Assembly: GCF_006345805.1 (NCBI RefSeq)
Contig: NC_042998.1
Span: 67,146,001-67,210,000 of the forward strand
DNA from: Octopus sinensis
Lineage: Eukaryota
DNA: 64,000 nt
Direction of reading: 5' to 3'
Both the position numbers and the translations under genes were made by a program. How positions within the stretch are numbered: the first letter of the stretch is position 1; each line of letters starts with the position of its first letter. This document shows positions 11,925-25,555 of this stretch, in pieces. Below the pieces are notes generated by a model, which did not search any database, was not told the origin of the DNA, and saw only the letters and a list, made by a program, of their open reading frames with translations.

Positions 11925-12135
11925 ATTAAGAAACAAGAGAAGATGAAGAAATATTCTTGCCTCTCCTAAACAGCTTTACCATTGGGAATAGCGAGAAAGA
12001 TATTAAGCAGGGATTCGGAACTGGGATATAGTTTCCTCTAACTAGGTGTTTTATATATATATATATATATATGGTAAGCTGTTTAGGAGAGGCAAGAATA
12101 TTTCTTCATCTTCTTTTGTTCTCTTGTTTTTTAAA
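11925..12135. repeat. Inverted repeat (~55-bp arms)
   Basis: agaagatgaagaaatattcttgcctctcctaaacagctttaccat versus atggtaagctgtttaggagaggcaagaatatttcttcatcttct. Confidence 0.85.
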
Positions 12136-12171
12136 TATATATATATATATATAATATATATATATATATAT

Positions 12172-12375
12172 AGGGAAAGTTTACGAAAAAAGGAACAAAA
12201 GACGAAGACAGGTGGTGTACAAAACAAACAGATGTATTAGTATAGTGCTCAGGAATAGAAAAAGTCTTTTACGTTTCGAACCTACGCTCTTCTATAGAAA
12301 GGTACACAGAAAAAACACGGAGAGAAACAAGGAGAGAAATTAATGTGGGTAGTGTCTAACGGTCTATCACGACGT
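12172..12375 (-). mobile_element. Penelope-type terminal-repeat-derived short element with hammerhead-like remnant
   Basis: Inverted homologue of 45236-45440. Minus strand has cttt..GAAGA gcgtaggttc GAAA cg TA aaag. Confidence 0.65.
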
Positions 12376-13081
12376 CTGACTCGGGGTGTATAAGTATGTG
12401 AATGTTAGAGTGTATACCTCCTCTGCGTGTGTATGTATGCGTGTGTGTACGTGCATAAATAATATGCACCGCTTAAATCAGATGAACGCTGAAATTAATT
12501 TAAATGTACAAAGAATGAAATTATATAAACATTTTCTTTCAGTTATTGATGCGCTGGGGAAAAGTAGGGATGGATTCACCTGACGACCAGTTTTACGAAG
12601 TCTTGACCGCAACACAGAGAGCTATTTTGATGCGTTCCCGAATCAGAAACACAGGTCAACTACTATGTAAACCAGTCATACAATCAGGAAAAATATTAGC
12701 GGATAAGATAATTTATATATTTTTTGTTACGTCTGCTCGATAGAACAATATCTGTTTTCTGCACATCATGCCATAAATCAGAAACACTAAAAATATAATG
12801 ACCATTCTTTCTTCATGGGCAGAGATTTTACATAAATTTACTTCAGTTCTAATTCACATTTCATTATCAAGGAAATATTTAGAGATTAATTAACGACAAA
12901 CAGAAATATATAAATTTGGGTATTCATTACTTCTCTCTCCGTTTTGTTCGATCATTCTCCAGTTTTTCCTCTTAATACTTTCTGTCGAAGACAGTAGGAT
13001 CGTGATGTCAAATATTCATTCATCTAGAGCGTCAAACTTATAAACCAGCTTGTTGTTAGTACACCTGTCTTCCTCTTTTAT

Positions 13082-13142
<61 letters not shown>

Positions 13143-13666
13143 TATATGTACAGACATAAATGTGTCTGTGATCTAAACCATGCCAGAACTGCTACCTGAA
13201 AGACTGAAAGTAATTAAGAGTGAGGCATCGTGTACGTGAAAGAGAGATAGAAAAGAAACTACATTTCACCAATATATATGATTTAGTGGCCCTGGAAAGT
13301 CAACTAACAACTAACGTTCAATGGAAACATTCACTGAGGTCGTAATTTTCAGCATAACACGTCTGGTACGAACATATTCATATTCTTACCGGTTGAACTT
13401 AGTAACTGTCAACAAAGACAGCTGTAAAATGTGTAATAATTCACTTAGCACACGTGAAAGACAGGTTAAATATACAGATCGGCATGCGTCGCTCCAAGCA
13501 GATAAAAGATACACTCGCATAGAAACAGTGTCACACACATTTTATTTTATATATTTACAAACGCTCACACACACACACATATACTTACACATAAGAGAGA
13601 TATAGAATCACATGCATACAGAACAATCTATCTGTCTATATATCTATACAGATCGATAGATAGGTA

Positions 13667-13739
<73 letters not shown>

Positions 13740-13756
13740 CCTGCATATAGATAAAT

Positions 13757-13801
<45 letters not shown>

Positions 13802-14246
13802 TATTTGTATACACACACTCACACACTCGTGTGTGTGTGTATGTATTTGTGAATCTAAATGTCTACATAGGCATTACATTACATTAGATATACATATATA
13901 TAAAACTATATATGCGCCGGTGTTCATGTGTATAATTTAACCAAGATACATCACAATTGATACGTACGCTTACCATGATATGTGGGGCGTGCCAGACAAA
14001 TAAACAATCGACATATCTCCCGATCAATCGAGGTGAATTACTTGCACAAAGACTCGAACTACTCCATCTCAACAATATTGTTATTAACTGCAGGCGGAAA
14101 GACGGTATACGCTAATGTGTTAGCAATATTTCAAATATATTCCAGCAACACTTCATATTTTATCGATCTAAGAATAAAATTTGTTTGGCTTTTAGAAAGG
14201 AAAGACATTAGAGGCGAGAGAAATAATTTTACAGTTTTATTCATGT

Positions 14247-14297
<51 letters not shown>

Positions 14298-15042
14298 ATT
14301 TATTCATATATGTTTTTTCTGTGTGAGCCTACAGATATATGTGTGTCTGTGTGTGTGCATCCTTATGTGCGTGCGTGTGTGCGCGTGTGAGCGTGTGTTT
14401 GTGTGTGCGCGCGTGTGTGTGTGTGTGTGTAGACACTATTCAATATATCAGTTACATCATTCATGTTTTTTGTTATTGTTTGCACGGGTGATCATTACAA
14501 TGATTGTGATAGAGTGAATATTTTCTCTGAATTTTCACGGAGTTATATGTCCACATGTTCACGCACTGCTGCTTCCTATATATATATATGTCAACATCAA
14601 GATGCACAAAAAACTTTTAGATGACTGCTCACACGGAGCCCATAGCGATAATTAGAAAGCGACATAATATACTCCTTATTCCTTCGCAATTAGGAATATG
14701 CAGCCTTCGAATCATATGTCGAAAATAAAGGAATGTTGTTAATTCGTCGTTCAACTCCATTCAGTCATATATTTATATTTAAAAAAAAACATACAAATTT
14801 CCACACGAAAGTACGTAACTTCAACCGTGTCTTCTCTGATGTGAATTTGCTACCCAGGTATCGGTTAACCGAATTATCCATAACAAGATAATTCATTCAA
14901 CTACTCAAATATATATATATATATATATATAAACACTCTTAAAAATACAAGCAGTACAATCCTTCTTGTTTTTTTTCCTCGTAATATTATTTTCTTGTTG
15001 TTGTTATTATTATTATTATTATTACTATTATTATTATTCATA

Positions 15043-15600
15043 ATTGAGTGAGAGAGCAGTGCATGCCATCAAAGTGACACTGGGGTAAAATATACGAAGC
15101 CAAGTATACCCATCATGACTACCCGTCTGATAAGGGTACGCCAGGCACATGCATCACAAACATATGTGCGCGATATGGTGATCTCATATCAAGATAAATA
15201 GCACATGACCTTGCAGGTAGGTCACAGTTGAGTTTTCTTCTGGTCGAGTAGCCCATCCCGCTCAAAAGATCCCTGAATAAGGATTGTTTAAGGATGTTGA
15301 ACGGACCACTCATGTTTCCAAAGGTGAATTATCCAAACCTCTAAGAATTCATTTCAACACACGTCTATGATGCTCCCCCACTACTTCTGCTCGTGATCAG
15401 AGATGCACATATCGTCAGCCACTAAGAGACATGGTCAACTTGTTAAGGTCAAACAACTGACGAGCAAATCTGTGGTATTGAGCAGAATATTTGCCGTAGC
15501 CCATCTTTTGTGTCAAAACAAAACAATGTATATGATAACACTTCTAGTTAACATCAGGAGCCATGAAAGCCAATGTCTGGTACTGCATCAGGGCATTTAT
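15043..15600 (-). mobile_element. ~560-bp non-coding interspersed element with (TAA)n tail
   Basis: Flanked by (TTA)n-type repeats on both sides. 15270-15455 has a diverged inverted copy at ~21985-22150 (shared ctatgatgctccccc.actacttctgctc). Confidence 0.7.
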
Positions 15601-17089
15601 CATCATTATTATTGTTGTTGTTCTTGTTGATGTTTTTATTTGCTAAGGACCAGGAGGAACCGTTACTACGCTTGTCAAAACATTTAGTGGCCGACTTTGC
15701 ATTTCATCTTTCAATGTCAATTAAATGAGTATCACTAGGGTCGATATAACCAACTAAGCCCAAAATTGCCCACTTTGTACTTATAGTTGAACTTTTTATT
15801 CTTATTACTGTGAATGGTGATGAGCAGGTAGAATCACTAGCGCACCGGACACTAAGCTTATATATATGCTTCACCATGTGAGGAAAGGTACGCACCACAT
15901 ATGAGTGCAGTACTTCCTCATTAAAGATTACCATGCACCAATGAACAGTCCTGACTTAATATACACGTACAAAGATTTAGATGTGTATAGACACACATAC
16001 ATACACGAGCACATACACACACATATATCACTATTAAAGAGTGGAAAGACATATTTACCAATGAAAAAACTTAAACTATTGACTTCACTAAAACATTTGT
16101 TATTCAGAATCAAAATTTTCGTCGCGCCAGTTGCGACCTGGTCAATGAGAAATTTCCATTGATCTTTGCTGAATGTAAGTTACCTGACTTTGTGTTGGTT
16201 GTTGCCTAATATGCCTCTTCCACGCTATAATTAATTCTGTTTCCACACACTGTCTTGTATCATATCAAGTATTATTTTTCCACTCGCACACACACACACA
16301 CGCACACACACACGAGAATGAGCACTCAACACAGCATTGGTGGATAAATTCTTTCTACATTCTTGGATTTCCAAATTTAGCCTAGATTTCATGCGTTATA
16401 ATTTGCAATGTTCTAATCGTTTACATAAAAGTAATGGCAGTCGATTTCCATTTCGGATTGGGTTCGAATGAACAACTGGACACAGACTACGGTAATTTTA
16501 AGTAGAACACTTGAATATCGGGAATCACACACACAGACACACACACACACGCACACGCACACACACACACACACACACACGCACACACACACACAAACAA
16601 ACACACACACAAACACACGCATGTACACACTATGTGCCTGTGTGTATAAATACAATGAAATATTACGCTATTTGTTTTTGTACTTTAAAGTTTTTCGTCG
16701 CCTATTTATCAAATAATATTTCGTGTTATGTGTTAAACAAACAGGCAGACAGTTTAAAGAGATTATTTTATAATATATCAAATGCTTTCTTGAAAAATAA
16801 AACATTAGGAAAAAGTTTAATGCTGAAATTTGTAGTTTTTAATATTTTAAGCTATTGAAAGTTTTTTTCAGAATGTCTCCATAAATTGACTACATACTTT
16901 AAAGATTTTTTTGTAGGATAATTTTTGCTTATCGGCACAGTGAAATTTCAAGTTAGATTTTTCCGTTGATTAATCTTCAAATCATATTAAGTGCACACAG
17001 ACACTCATTCATACAAGTTACATGCATTTTTATCTATCTCACTCTCTACATATGTATATGTATATGTATATATATTTTTTTATCGTTCA

Positions 17090-17338
17090 TCTTTAGCTTT
17101 TTTCAGTCATTCGACAGCGGCCATGCTGGGGCCTCGCCTTGAAAAATAACCGAACGAATAGACCCCATTATTTAATTTTTTAAGCCTGGTACTTATTCTA
17201 TTGCTTTCTTCTATCGAACCGCTATATTACGGTAACATAAACATACTAACACTGGTTGTCATGCAGGGAGGAATCACAGACATAAAGACACACACATACA
17301 TGCACACGCAACACACATATATAGACAAACATATATAC

Positions 17339-17402
<64 letters not shown>

Positions 17403-17428
17403 CATACATACATACATACATACATACA

Positions 17429-17461
<33 letters not shown>

Positions 17462-17640
17462 CATAGGAAAAAGTCAAAGCCAACGCAGAATGAGTTGCCT
17501 TCAGAGCTAGCACTTTATATATATATATACGACAGGCTTCTTTATGTTTCTGTCTAGGATATCCACTCGCAAGTGTTCCTAAGTGCCACGCACTGAACTG
17601 AAACCAAGTAACAAACTTCTTACCACACAGCTACTCCCTC
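17090..17640 (-). mobile_element. tRNA-derived SINE (family A), full length with internal microsatellite expansions
   Basis: Tail (ttcagtcatt..ggccatgctgggg..cgcctt) at 17101-17140 and head (ttcttaccacacagc) at ~17617-17632 match 57904-58285 inverted. Confidence 0.75.
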
Positions 17641-17756
17641 GCACAGACAAATGACAAAGTACTTACACATAATCGCATATAATCTTCTATACTTTTATTA
17701 TCTTACTTGTTTCAGCCATAATAGAAAGAAAATCATATATGTGCGTGTGTGTGCGT

Positions 17757-17797
<41 letters not shown>

Positions 17798-18369
17798 TTC
17801 GGTGCGAAATGGTTCTTTTATACGGTCCCGTGTTTTACAATCCTGTATATGATAATAATGATATTTCTATATAATCTTAACACTTATGGCGATCACCGTG
17901 CAATGACTAAAGAAATTAGTCTAATAAAGGGGCATACAATCCCTTTGTTAACGTGACTAAGTGTGTTATGCCACTGTTCCTTTGCTTATGTCATCATAAC
18001 TTACTGGTTCGTCAAAGAATGTAACAATAAAAAGCTGACTTAGAAATATATACCAGACTCGATGTATTTTAATAATCCATTAAAGATAGTGATCCAGTAT
18101 GACCGTATTCGAATGAATGAAACAAATAAAAAGACGAGAGACAGAAAAAGAATTTAATGCAGCGTAGCAGATTGGTAACGAGGATTGCTTTGAGACAAAA
18201 ACGTAGCAATTTCGTTGATTTCAATCGGGTAACAATATTTCGACCGGTGATGTTTGTCAGAATGTGATGTCTTGTAACGTTTCCAAATATATCCAACTGC
18301 GAAAGTCCATTACATTTTACTTAAAATTACACTGGCGCAGCAGTATACGTCAATCAGTGAAGCAGAAAC

Positions 18370-19000
18370 AAGATGTCAAGCGATCATGGAGAATGACAGT
18401 ATCATTCCAAGAAAATTAGGGATGGTATACGTCGAGAATTCAAGAATAATGTCAAAACAGTACAAACATTAGTCGTTTTCCATTCTTCACGCGAGAAAAA
18501 TTTGGTATGAGGTACAGTTGTTTCAAACTGAAGCGTTCGTCAGAATGTTTTCTAATGCCTCTGAATAGATCGGTTGGGAAAATTAGAAGAACGAAAATTG
18601 TTCTTTTTCTTTCTTTTCTCTATCTCGCGATTATCTATCTCCATGTTCGATATCATCAGTGATCAGGAAAACCACGCTGTTATGAAATGTACCGTGCGAA
18701 CCGTTAGATGTTTCGGCCTTCTCATTGTAATCTAATTGTTCTCAGTTTCTGATTGCTGATAATCATAAAGTGCGCAGTTCTGTGACTATCACATTGTAAT
18801 TGCACCGTTCTATCCAGCCTATATGGAATTCTACTGTTGTCTTTGTTAAATTCCATGCTATTTCCAATAACAAATTCCTTGGATCAAAGACATCCAGTCA
18901 CGATCAAAAGGATATTTTCTTGGATTAAGCTACTCCATGATAATTCTTTAATGCGGTTTTCTCAGGTCATGTATTCAAGTACGAGCTACTACACTATCCA
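18370..19000 (-). mobile_element. Possible very old LINE apurinic endonuclease relic
   Basis: Minus-strand peptides in the expected order: YLNT..NRIKEL..ILLIVTG..PYRLDR..LITDD..LKQLYLIPN..RLMFVL. Very degenerate. Confidence 0.3.
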
Positions 19001-19237
19001 GAGCTCTATTAGGCGTCACAGTTAGACAATATTCGCGTTATAATCGAATATATGGGACACGCTTTTACGTATCTACTCTCTATGAAAAATTCAGCCCTCA
19101 AAGACATTTTCATTCACGGTTGGTGAGGTTTCATACATCTACGTGAATAACAACGGGTATGAGAGAACAGATATGAATGAAGTAAAATTCGAACATTTAT
19201 TTATAACACATCGTACAACAAAATTCCTATATGAAAT

Positions 19238-19400
19238 AGACATGGCTTTGAGGTTAAGAAGCTTTCTTTTCAATCACGTAGTTGCAGGTTCAGTCCCACT
19301 ACTTGGAACCTTGGGCAAGTGTGTTCTTTTATAGCTCCTGGCCAATCAATGCATTGTGAGTGAAGTAGGTAGAGGAAAACATTCGTACGTATATCTACGT
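19238..19400 (+). mobile_element. SINE family A head
   Basis: tggctttgaggttaagaagctt...ggttcagtcccact..accttgggcaagtgt (A box, B box, body). Confidence 0.75.
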
Positions 19401-20744
19401 ATGTGTGTCTTAGTGTGTATTTGGTTGAGTATAGCACAGACACCTGTGCCCTTGGTGTAACTGACATCACTGTGACACACTCAGACAAGGTGTGTAGTGC
19501 AATTACCCGGTAAACTCAATTTGAAGGACTTCGATACAGTTTCCGTGAACTGAGTCTTACTCATAAGGGTTGGGTCAACACAAGGCTACAGTAAATACAC
19601 TTGCTTAAGATGCCAGTGAGATTGAATTGGAGCATTCATAATTACGAAGTTAACTCAGTAAACATACTACCATATTGCGTAAAAAAAAACGCAAATAAGT
19701 GCAACATTTTATAATGTAACGGGAAGTTTTCACGAATATTACACCATCTACTTCTGTGGTGTTCAAAACTTCTTAAAAGGTCAATTTACATTTTATTTCT
19801 TATTTCAGTATTTATAATTAAATTTTCTCAATAAATATAATTACATTTTTTTTCGTATATTTAATAAAATTTTGTTTCACACAGTTTCAAATTCCTGACA
19901 TTTATGTCTTGTTTATTGATCTCATTTTAAAAATTTAAATTTCGTTATAGCTACTTTGTCTGTTCACATATGGTTACAGCTTCTTGATTTGTGTATATGT
20001 TCAATGTATTTTTAAAATTTTGCAAATGGCTTTACCGAATGAAGAAGAGCACAGACAATGATGAATCTCTGACATCCGTGACGAGTTTGTGGGATAGATA
20101 TATTTGTTTGTAGGCTGAACTCATGACCTCTAAGCTTACGTCAGTTTCATATCTACTAAAACCGCTCAATGGCTAAGTTACGGCGTTAATCCTAGGCTGG
20201 AACTTAATCTATTATACAAGAATATTTACCAGTCTTCAGATATCTTTCTCAAAATTTTATCTACTAAATACTACTGAAATTACTTTAGCCGACATACATC
20301 AGTAATAGAAGGCTTTGCTAATGTGCCGCACTATCAGATCAAATCACACTCAAATGACTTATAATAAATAAAAATATAAATAAATAAATTTTTTAACTAT
20401 ACTGCGAAGCTTGCGTCTTGTTTGACTAGTCAGTGTAAGCTTGAGTATTGGAATGTATGTAGTAGCTGCTGGTTGCATCCAAGCACTATTTGTAAGTGAT
20501 TGATTTGACACATGGAAACGTTGCTTCTATATTCCAGCGATACAATTACTTAATAGGAAATGAATTTAAGATTTTGGATTAATATTAATATTTTAATTTG
20601 AGAATTTATCTAAAACTTGCCAGGGGAACTTATGGCTACGAATGATGCGAAGACAAAGTAGACTTTGGACTTAAATATATTCCAACTTGAACATGCCATT
20701 TTTTTTATTTGCCAGGGACTAAATTATTAAGTTAAACTATAAAA

Positions 20745-21202
20745 ACAGCAAGAAAACCACTGCAATCACCACCAGCATCAACAACGACAACGACTATACA
20801 ACCAACAACAATAACAACAACAGTTACAACCACAGTAATATCATAGACAAAGCTAACAGCATCACCACTAACAGCAATACCAGCAACATCATCAACATCA
20901 CTATCATCACTACCAACAACATTCAACAACAGCATCACGGTTAGCAAAATTTTAAAAAATAAACAATAGCGATGACGGCAGCCTTAACAGCTGCACGAAT
21001 GTCACCAACATCATTAACAGCAGTATTTGCTGCAACAACAACAATGATAGCAGCGCTAACACCACTACTTCTATCATCACCAATAACAACAACGACAGCT
21101 GCACTAGTAGCACCTCCACCACCACTACAACCATTACCAATAACAACAACAACAGCGACAGCTGCACTATTAGCTGCACCATTACCACTACCGACAACAA
21201 CC
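20745..21202 (+). repeat. Degenerate (ACA/ACC/GCA)n trinucleotide region
   Basis: Low-complexity trinucleotide mixture. Confidence 0.8.
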
Positions 21203-21984
21203 AGTCTTTCTATACGGAAATGAATAGGAAAACTAAAATCCAACGTTGACTGCATCAGAATCTTTAATCGTCAGATTTATTAAATATCTAATGAGATTTA
21301 AATTTCTTTGAAGAACCGTTTAAATAGCCTCATAGGTAAGGTGTATGCGAACAATTTGAGTTCTGCAACCATTCAGCTTTTCAATGTGAATGTAAGTGAA
21401 GGAGAAAATGTCTTCTAAATTACAGTTGTAACGGTGTAATCCGCTTCTTTTCATCTTTATTCTATGCTGTTTGTTCTGGCCAGCTAATGTATGTATATAT
21501 GTTTGCTCTACATGAAAGTGATTTCTCAATCCAGCAATCATTAAAATATTCTATATGCTGGCTTAGATTCAGCTTTAAGAAGAAAAGACGGTTGAAATTT
21601 CTTGGAAACTAATATAGCTTATTACTTATCGAATAAATAATAGTTTTCGTTTTATATTCAACAAGATGCCTCCTGATGTGTAGATTCCAAATTTCCTACT
21701 CAGATAAGGAATTTTAAAATCACTACCACCACCAGTTTTATAAATAAAACCAAGCACCAGAGGTCAATGTTATATTAGAAATGAAAGGAATTCTCTATTT
21801 ATGACCTTGTCATTAACTTTAGTGACGTAATTAAAGAAGATTGGTTTGAAGCTACACAAGAAATTAAAGAAAATTTTTGCTCTGCCAAGTTGTTTCCCCT
21901 TAGGCTCACATTTGAAAACCTGCGTGATCAAATATGCTTTTATAATCTAGAATCGATAAAATACGTAGCAGCTGCTACTTATAT

Positions 21985-22150
21985 GATACTTGACCGTAAA
22001 CATTTGAAAATATCATTTGGTGACAAACAATATATGCATCTCTTAGGAGCAGAAGTAGTGGGGGGAGCATCATAGTCAAGTGCCGAGTGGAAGACTTTGG
22101 GCTTTGGATAACCCAGCTCGAGAAACATGGGTGTTCTTTCAATATCCTTA
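21985..22150 (+). mobile_element. Diverged fragment of the 15043-15600 element
   Basis: gagcagaagtagtggggggagcatcatag...gaaacatgggtg...atccttaaacaa match the reverse complement of 15270-15455. Confidence 0.7.
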
Positions 22151-22183
22151 AACAAACTTTATCTAAGGACAATATGAGCAAGA

Positions 22184-22275
<92 letters not shown>

Positions 22276-22364
22276 CAGTTTTCGTTATTATTTTTGTGCT
22301 TGTTGTTATTGTTATTATTGTTGCTGTTTTCTAGTTGTTGTTACTGCTTTAAAGGGCAAGACAT

Positions 22365-22570
22365 CAAGGTGAGAGAATCGTTAGCACGCCCAGCAAAATG
22401 CTTAGCGGCATTTTAATCTGCTTCCCCATTCTGTGTTCAAATTTCAATGAAGTAATTTTGCCAATCATCTCTCGGTGTCGACGAAATAATAACCTGTAGA
22501 GCACTGGTATCGAAGTTATAGACTAGTCCCCTTCCCCAAATTTCAGGCCTTGTGCCGAAATTTGATTTGA
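22365..22570 (+). mobile_element. SINE family B
   Basis: gaatcgttagcacgcccagcaaaatgcttagcggcattt...gttcaaatt...ggccttgtgccgaaa, homologous to 61022-61215. Confidence 0.75.
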
Positions 22571-23559
22571 TTATGATTATAGACAGGATTGATCGAAATT
22601 ATCGAGAGCAGGATAAAATGCCTTGCAGTATCTCGATACAACCCTTTCTCTTCTGATTTCAAATCCCCATCATCAATGGTACACATTAGATCAATATAAT
22701 TGACTGTAGCCACCACTCAAAAAGTGCACTACTTTGAGATGTCGTTGTTATTAATGCCGTCACCCAAAATTGAAATTGAAAATATCGGTAGACTACCGAT
22801 CGATACCTTTTTTCTATACTGTCTTTCTATGTTTCCTTTGTAAAAACTCCACTTAAATCAACATTCAATTTTTCCTTCTACGTTCCATAGAATATTTTAC
22901 TAGGAGCTATCCTAGATCGATACCATTAACCGAGCCTTTCGAATGTGGTTGCGTGATAATGTGAAATAACGTTATTAGAGTACTGCAGAGTTATTACAAA
23001 GCTTGGAGTTTTGAAGTCACTTACGGCATTTTTTCCACTTCTTAGATACATTGTGATTCACTCGTGTTACATTTGTAATATTGGAAAACATATTGAAGCA
23101 GATTGAATCGTATTATATATGTAAGTCTTTACCTATGCTACCTAAGACAATACCTAAAATCTTCTTAACACTGTATCTAATAGTATAGTTAAACTAGACT
23201 GAAAATAGCGATATTATGAAAGTACAACGAATTATCACACGTGAGCGAGTATGGTTTATTAATGGGTACTATGTTGTGGCTAATTGTTTTATATTTCTGT
23301 GTAGTTACAGGAAGATAGAGACACTTTCTTGGCCCACTTTTATATGATCCAACCTTACATCCAGAATGCTTCAGTCGCCGATCGGTACTAACACAACATG
23401 AAAAGTAATGATTTTCTCACGACCATAACTCAAGGCCCAAGTGCTCAGTCCAGTAATTTAACAAAGGAAATTACAACTGCAGATCAAACACCTTCAATCT
23501 TAAGACTCCAAATGGGATTTCGACTATAAATAACATCGCTGTTATATTTAACACTGCAT

Positions 23560-24345
23560 CTTAGACATCAGTTATATCATATTATAACCTATACATAAGA
23601 CTGTCCGAAGCTTGTAACTTAGGACCTCTTCTACACCTATTATCTAAACTAAGTTCTCAACAATATGTTAGAATACAGTTAAAATCTCTTACCTAAGAAT
23701 CTACATAATAAGTAGACCTAATATTGTAGTTATGATCTCAAAGATGCTTAAGCACTCAACTATAAGTGAGACTTAAGATCAATCTCTTATCCTCTTAATA
23801 TCAATCTCTTATCCATAGCTCCGACTGCATGTCAGATACAATCTTGGTTATTGAGTAAGAATCTATCTCAGATCTAAACTATTGCATGGACCTTTACATT
23901 TAATTTCATCTAAAAATATTAAGCAAAGATCCTGGCTATCAATTTAAATTATAGCTCAGATCTTAACTATGGATAAAATCTTTACTTATACACTTCTAAT
24001 ATCCTTTTAATTTACAACGTCTCGATATTAAGATGTTACCAGTAATTAAGTTTTATTAAGGTTATACAACAGATCTTAACTGTAGCTAAGTTCTTTATTG
24101 TATCCTAAGGCTATATCTATGATCATATCCATGCTAAAAATGATATTTAAGAACTTTATCATGTATTCAAACTATACCTCAGATTTTTTACTATAGCTAA
24201 AATCTTTATCCTATCCCAAGACAAGATCTGTACTCTTATCAACAGCAAAAAGTCTTAACTATAGTTGGAATTTTGACTATACGTTAAGACATACCTCAGA
24301 TCTAGGCTATAGCTATGATCACGACTAAAGCTAAGAGAAGATACC
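23560..24345 (+). repeat. Decayed minisatellite, ~18-bp unit (agatcttaactatagcta-like)
   Basis: Recurrent agatctt/aactatagc/taagatc words over ~800 bp. Confidence 0.6.
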
Positions 24346-24971
24346 GGCCAACATTTTAATCCAGTGAAATATATCACTTTATCACCTAAAAAATTCTATT
24401 AAGAAACAAGTTTTTGATGCATTAATTGATTTGTTTTGTTTATTTATTACATCTACTGAGAGAATTTAGATGAATTATGTATTACTAACGAGACAGCATC
24501 GATCGCAGTCTGCAGCTATGCTTCCTTTGAAAAGCAAGTTTACTATAGTCGAGGAACATTCATTGATCTTTTATTTAATACCCCACTCCTATTATCGGAC
24601 CAAATAACTCACTGAGCATTTCTTTCTTAAATACAAATTATAAAGCGCACGTCTTTATTTTTGTTATTATTTTTAGTATTTTTAGAGATTACTGTCATTA
24701 TTTATTAGCTGCTGAATCTATTCAAAGTCGTGTCTGTTTAATTATCTGGAGTAGAATATGTCATAATTTATAGAAGGATATTTAACACTCATCTGAGTAA
24801 CGGAGCTTTTGTATTCTCAGAACACACGTGCCGACGGATGCTCGCGCGCGCACACACACACACGCACACGCACAGACGTACTGAAACACACGTGCATCTG
24901 TCATCTATTCTTTTATGGATACATACACAGACATACAAAACATTTCCACAACGATTTATAGCATAACTATT

Positions 24972-25026
24972 TGATGTCGCGAAATGGTATTCACATGATG
25001 TCGCGAAATGGTATTCACATGATGTC
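24972..25026 (+). repeat. Perfect 24-bp tandem duplication
   Basis: tgatgtcgcgaaatggtattcaca x2 plus tgatgtc. Confidence 0.95.
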
Positions 25027-25414
25027 ACTTATTCGGCAATTGTACGAATTTACAATTCTGTTCAGGGCTACATTGTTGTTCGTCTTCAAAATATTACATC
25101 AGACTATTATATATTTTGAACTATGCCGACTCTTCGTGAATTCCGCAACAAGACTGCTTAATGAATTTACAGCGTATACCTCTGTACAGATGCCATCAAT
25201 CGAAAGTGAGTTTCAACAACACGAATGACAAAGAAGTGAGAGTTGCTTCATATGATATGTGTGTGTGTGCGCGCGTACGTACACAAGACGGTTGTACAAT
25301 TTCTTGATAAACAACCTGCATAAATTATTTGTTATATGTTGACCAAATATATGAGCTGTAAATTAGCTCATCATTTCCATTAAATCGATGTTGCCTGAAC
25401 AAATGAACCACACA

Positions 25415-25555
25415 TCAGGAGGTGTCAAAGTGACTGCAGAACAGTTTAACATGAACTGTTTCCTCAAGAGGACAACGCACCACTGGTTCCAGGAACAGAC
25501 ACCACGATTTTCCGATCGTTAGTGCAACAAATTGTGCACTACACCAAGCGCCAAC
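25415..25555 (-). mobile_element. tRNA-derived SINE head (family C), degenerate
   Basis: Minus strand ggcgcttggtgtagtg...acgatcgg...gttcctggaacc...gttgtcctcttgaggaaaca. A related degenerate copy lies at ~61370-61470. Confidence 0.5.

Noticed and set aside
24972-25026. CRISPR-like direct repeats
   Set aside because: Adjacent 24-bp duplication with no spacers and no cas genes, in eukaryotic context.
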